From NCBI GenBank assembly GCA_036648085.1, contig JAVXJA010000005.1, positions 1-64,000 on the forward strand: a DNA stretch of 64,000 nucleotides, written 5' to 3'. Under the pieces are notes generated by a model. That model saw only the letters and a program-made list of their open reading frames with translations. It was not told where the DNA came from and ran no database searches. This DNA is from Terrisporobacter sp. Lineage in GTDB: Bacteria; Bacillota; Clostridia; Peptostreptococcales; Peptostreptococcaceae. Numbering within the stretch: the stretch's first letter is position 1; every line of letters begins with the position of its first letter. The position numbers and the translations under genes are program-made. Shown here one piece after another: positions 61,411 to 64,000 of this stretch.

Positions 61411-63303
61411 ATGAGAAATGATATATTTGAAAATATAATAAAAAATAGTAAAATAGCCTATTCTAAGATAAATTTCACAAAAAATAAAGAAGACAAATAT
61501 ACGGGAATAAGTGTTATTGAACAAAATAAGGAATTTGAAAAAGTAGCAAGACTAGTAAGCGATAATAATATATTAAGTAATGATGCTGCTGAGCTATTAA
61601 TTAATAATTGGATTCGTAGGACATATACAGCTGATGAATTTGATTTATTAATAAAAGATGTAATAAACAATGGACAGGCAAGAATAGAATACTCAGTAGA
61701 ATTGAAAGATAAAAAATTAATTGTAGATATATATAATTTAGAGAAGTACATCTTACTTATATATAATCTAGAAGGTGATAAAGCAAGGTCGGATAATAAG
61801 CTAAAGTCATATAACTGGGCTAAGGATTTAGATGGAAAGTACATAGTTGCTTATAAGGATTATTATAATTATTTAACTGAACAAAATGAAAAACATAGAG
61901 GTGAAATAATTGGTAAAAAAGACATAGAAATATGGAGTCCAGAAGAAGTAAAAATATTTAGAGAACATGAAAATGAAGTAATCTCAAAAAGATTCTTGAA
62001 AACTTATTATGAAATTATAACAGATAAAAAGGGACGAAAAAAATATATGGAGTGTACTCTTTGGCCGTTATTTGATAAAGATAATAATATTATAGGTACA
62101 AGAGGAACAAGCATTGAAATTAATGATAAGTTAGCTTTTGAAAAAAGTATGGAGCAAAATGAAGAAAGTTTTAGGGAAATAACAAAATATTGTGAATCAG
62201 TCTTTATTATAAGGGATAAAGTAAGAGCAACTTATGTAAGTCCATCTTTTAAAAACATATTTGAGCAAGAACCAGAGGATTTATATCATGATATAGATAA
62301 ACTAGATGAATATTTTAGAAGAGTAGAATTAGAGAATAATTACATAAGTGATGAATTTAAATTTAATGAATCAAATGAAGGTATAGGAAAAGTAAAACTG
62401 GATAATGGAAAAGAAAAATGGATATGGTATAAATTTTTACCGATTAAAAATTCTAAGGGAAATATAACGAAAAGAATAGGAATACTAACAGATGTAACAG
62501 AAAAGAAAAAACTTGAAGAAGAAAAAAATCAACTTGAATTAGATTTTTTTGCAAATTTATCACACGAATTAAGAACACCAATCAATCTTATATCAAGTAC
62601 AATTCAGCTAATCAAAATGAAGTTAAATAAAAAATCACCAGAAGAAATTGACAAGCTATACAACTATATGGATATTATGGAAATTAACAGTCTTAGACTA
62701 TTGAAATTAATAAACAGCCTACTAGATTCTTCAAGAATTGATGCCGGTTACGTTAAATTTGATCCAGTAAGTGGAGACATAATTAAATTCATTGAAGATA
62801 TCTGTGAATCAACAATTGATTTTGCGAAAGTGAATAATATGGAAATAATTTTTGATACTAATAGTGAGGAAGAAATAGTACTATTTGATCCGGATATTGT
62901 TGAAAGAACTATGTTGAACTTATTATCTAACGCAATAAAATTTAATAGAATTAATGGAATGATATATGTGAATATTTATATAAAAGATGATGAAATTAAA
63001 ATTGTAGTAAAAGATGAAGGTATAGGCATACCAAAGGAAAATAAACATTTAATTTTTGATAGATTTGAACAAGTAAGTAGTAGAAATAGAGCAGAGAAAC
63101 AAGGAAGTGGTATAGGCCTTTATTTAGTTAAATCATTAGTTGAATTACATGGTGGAAGTATTAGAGTTGAAAGTGAAATTAATAAAGGTAGTGAATTTGT
63201 AGTATGTTTACCTAAGTTAATACAGAAATCAAGTGAGCAAAATATGATGGGAAATAATGACTTTATATATGCTGAGGCTAATGTTGAATTTTCTGATATA
63301 TAA
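61411..63303 (+). CDS. cytoplasmic PAS-domain sensor histidine kinase (orphan, no adjacent response regulator)
   Basis: No TM. PAS-like regions. HisKA H-box FFANLSHELRTPIN. HATPase_c N/G boxes (LLSNAIKFN, DEGIGIP, GSGIGL). ATG 61411 after an AAGGGG ribosome-binding site. Confidence 0.8.
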   Translation: MRNDIFENIIKNSKIAYSKINFTKNKEDKYTGISVIEQNKEFEKVARLVSDNNILSNDAAELLINNWIRRTYTADEFDLLIKDVINNGQARIEYSVELKDKKLIVDIYNLEKYILLIYNLEGDKARSDNKLKSYNWAKDLDGKYIVAYKDYYNYLTEQNEKHRGEIIGKKDIEIWSPEEVKIFREHENEVISKRFLKTYYEIITDKKGRKKYMECTLWPLFDKDNNIIGTRGTSIEINDKLAFEKSMEQNEESFREITKYCESVFIIRDKVRATYVSPSFKNIFEQEPEDLYHDIDKLDEYFRRVELENNYISDEFKFNESNEGIGKVKLDNGKEKWIWYKFLPIKNSKGNITKRIGILTDVTEKKKLEEEKNQLELDFFANLSHELRTPINLISSTIQLIKMKLNKKSPEEIDKLYNYMDIMEINSLRLLKLINSLLDSSRIDAGYVKFDPVSGDIIKFIEDICESTIDFAKVNNMEIIFDTNSEEEIVLFDPDIVERTMLNLLSNAIKFNRINGMIYVNIYIKDDEIKIVVKDEGIGIPKENKHLIFDRFEQVSSRNRAEKQGSGIGLYLVKSLVELHGGSIRVESEINKGSEFVVCLPKLIQKSSEQNMMGNNDFIYAEANVEFSDI

Positions 63304-63340
63304 AGATAAAGCACATTATTGATTAGATACAATAATGTGC

Positions 63341-63790
63341 TTATTTATTTCTATCTGTATTTTTTATAACTAATCTCATTAAGAAAAATACGGGTATAGT
63401 TGAGAATATGGGAGCAATAATTGGAGCTATGGCTTTACTTATATTAAAAAAATGAACAAAAGTAACTATGGCACCTAAATTCAAAATATATTCAAATATA
63501 TAAACTAATATACTTAGAAAATATTTTTTGAAGGTGAAGTTTTGATCTTTAAAAGTATATTTTGAATTGAAATAATAGGATGCAGTAATGCTAATGGCAC
63601 TAGTTATAGTATAAGCTATAATGTAGTTCACATTGAAAATAATATAAAGTGTTAAATAAAAAAGCTGTGAAATTATAAAGTTAATCATTCCAACAACATT
63701 GAACTTAATGTATTCTATTATTTTTCCGCTAAGTCCTTTAATTTTTTGTGAGAGATTATTGTTAATTGTAATTCCTCCTTTAAAAAACAT
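63341..63790 (-). CDS. GtrA family membrane protein
   Basis: IEYIKFNVVG...4 TM pattern typical of GtrA-like proteins. Exact start uncertain. Confidence 0.6.
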   Translation of the reverse strand: MFFKGGITINNNLSQKIKGLSGKIIEYIKFNVVGMINFIISQLFYLTLYIIFNVNYIIAYTITSAISITASYYFNSKYTFKDQNFTFKKYFLSILVYIFEYILNLGAIVTFVHFFNISKAIAPIIAPIFSTIPVFFLMRLVIKNTDRNK

Positions 63791-63920
63791 ATAGTAATAA
63801 TAAATTATAAGGCAATTTATTTATAAAGTGCACTACATTTATTATGCCTCATTGACAAAATAAATATAAAGAACTATATTTATTTTGTAGATATTACTTA
63901 TTATTAGGGGGGGAATAGAA

Positions 63921-64000
63921 ATGTCAAATTGTGGTTCATGTCCATCTAATGGATCTTGCAACAAAGAAGAATCAAGTTGTGGTGTAAATAATAATCCACT
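63921..64000 (+). CDS. Mrp/ApbC/NBP35-like ATPase, N-terminal fragment (continues beyond window)
   Basis: MSNCGSCPSNGSCNKEESSCG Cys-rich N-terminus, as in clostridial Mrp proteins. Poly-G ribosome-binding site. Confidence 0.45.
   Translation, partial: MSNCGSCPSNGSCNKEESSCGVNNNP

Overview
Contiguous chromosomal segment of a very low-GC Firmicute, Clostridium-like (AT-rich codon usage, GGAGG-type ribosome-binding sites, many Rho-independent terminators). No rRNA, tRNA, CRISPR array, transposase or integrase was recognised. Most of the window is housekeeping or conserved accessory genes, almost all on the + strand:
- anaerobic deoxynucleotide module nrdD(3' part)-folD-thyX-nrdG
- patatin-like phospholipase, a tocopherol-cyclase-family protein, a Methyltransf_32-type methyltransferase and cardiolipin synthase
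- an alpha/beta-type small acid-soluble spore protein
- PTS glucose EIICBA and formate-tetrahydrofolate ligase
- an envelope-stress module pspA / ydjG-like / ydjI-like
- threonine dehydratase
- CoA-disulfide reductase with a thioredoxin-like partner
- MarR plus a heterodimeric ABC exporter
- aldo/keto reductase
- a SigI/RsgI sigma/anti-sigma pair
- DEAD-box helicase
- chorismate mutase and DAHP synthase
- NifU-like protein, Pip/YhgE membrane protein, NAD(P)HX repair enzyme Nnr
- an NfeD-stomatin pair
- a complete glycogen operon glgB-C-D-A-P plus a GH13 enzyme
- an orphan SSB, a cytoplasmic PAS histidine kinase, GtrA, and the start of an Mrp/ApbC-like protein.

The most interesting locus is at 9.9-13.0 kb: an orphan agrB-agrD quorum-sensing cassette. 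Its 35-codon agrD is missing from the ORF track. It lies between a small polytopic membrane protein and a large polytopic GGDEF + HD-GYP (c-di-GMP turnover) membrane protein, with no AgrC/AgrA-type two-component system in the window. This suggests a peptide-pheromone to c-di-GMP circuit.

Other notable points:
- ThyX carries an 8-cysteine C-terminal extension.
- glgB has a conserved N-terminus that extends upstream of any canonical start codon.
- A ~2.9 kb AT-rich, low-coding island (21.2-24.2 kb) holds an orphan ORF, a GC-rich structured fragment and an unlisted BFD-like [2Fe-2S] miniprotein.
- A pair of near-identical inverted repeats brackets about 300 bp of the pip-nnr spacer.
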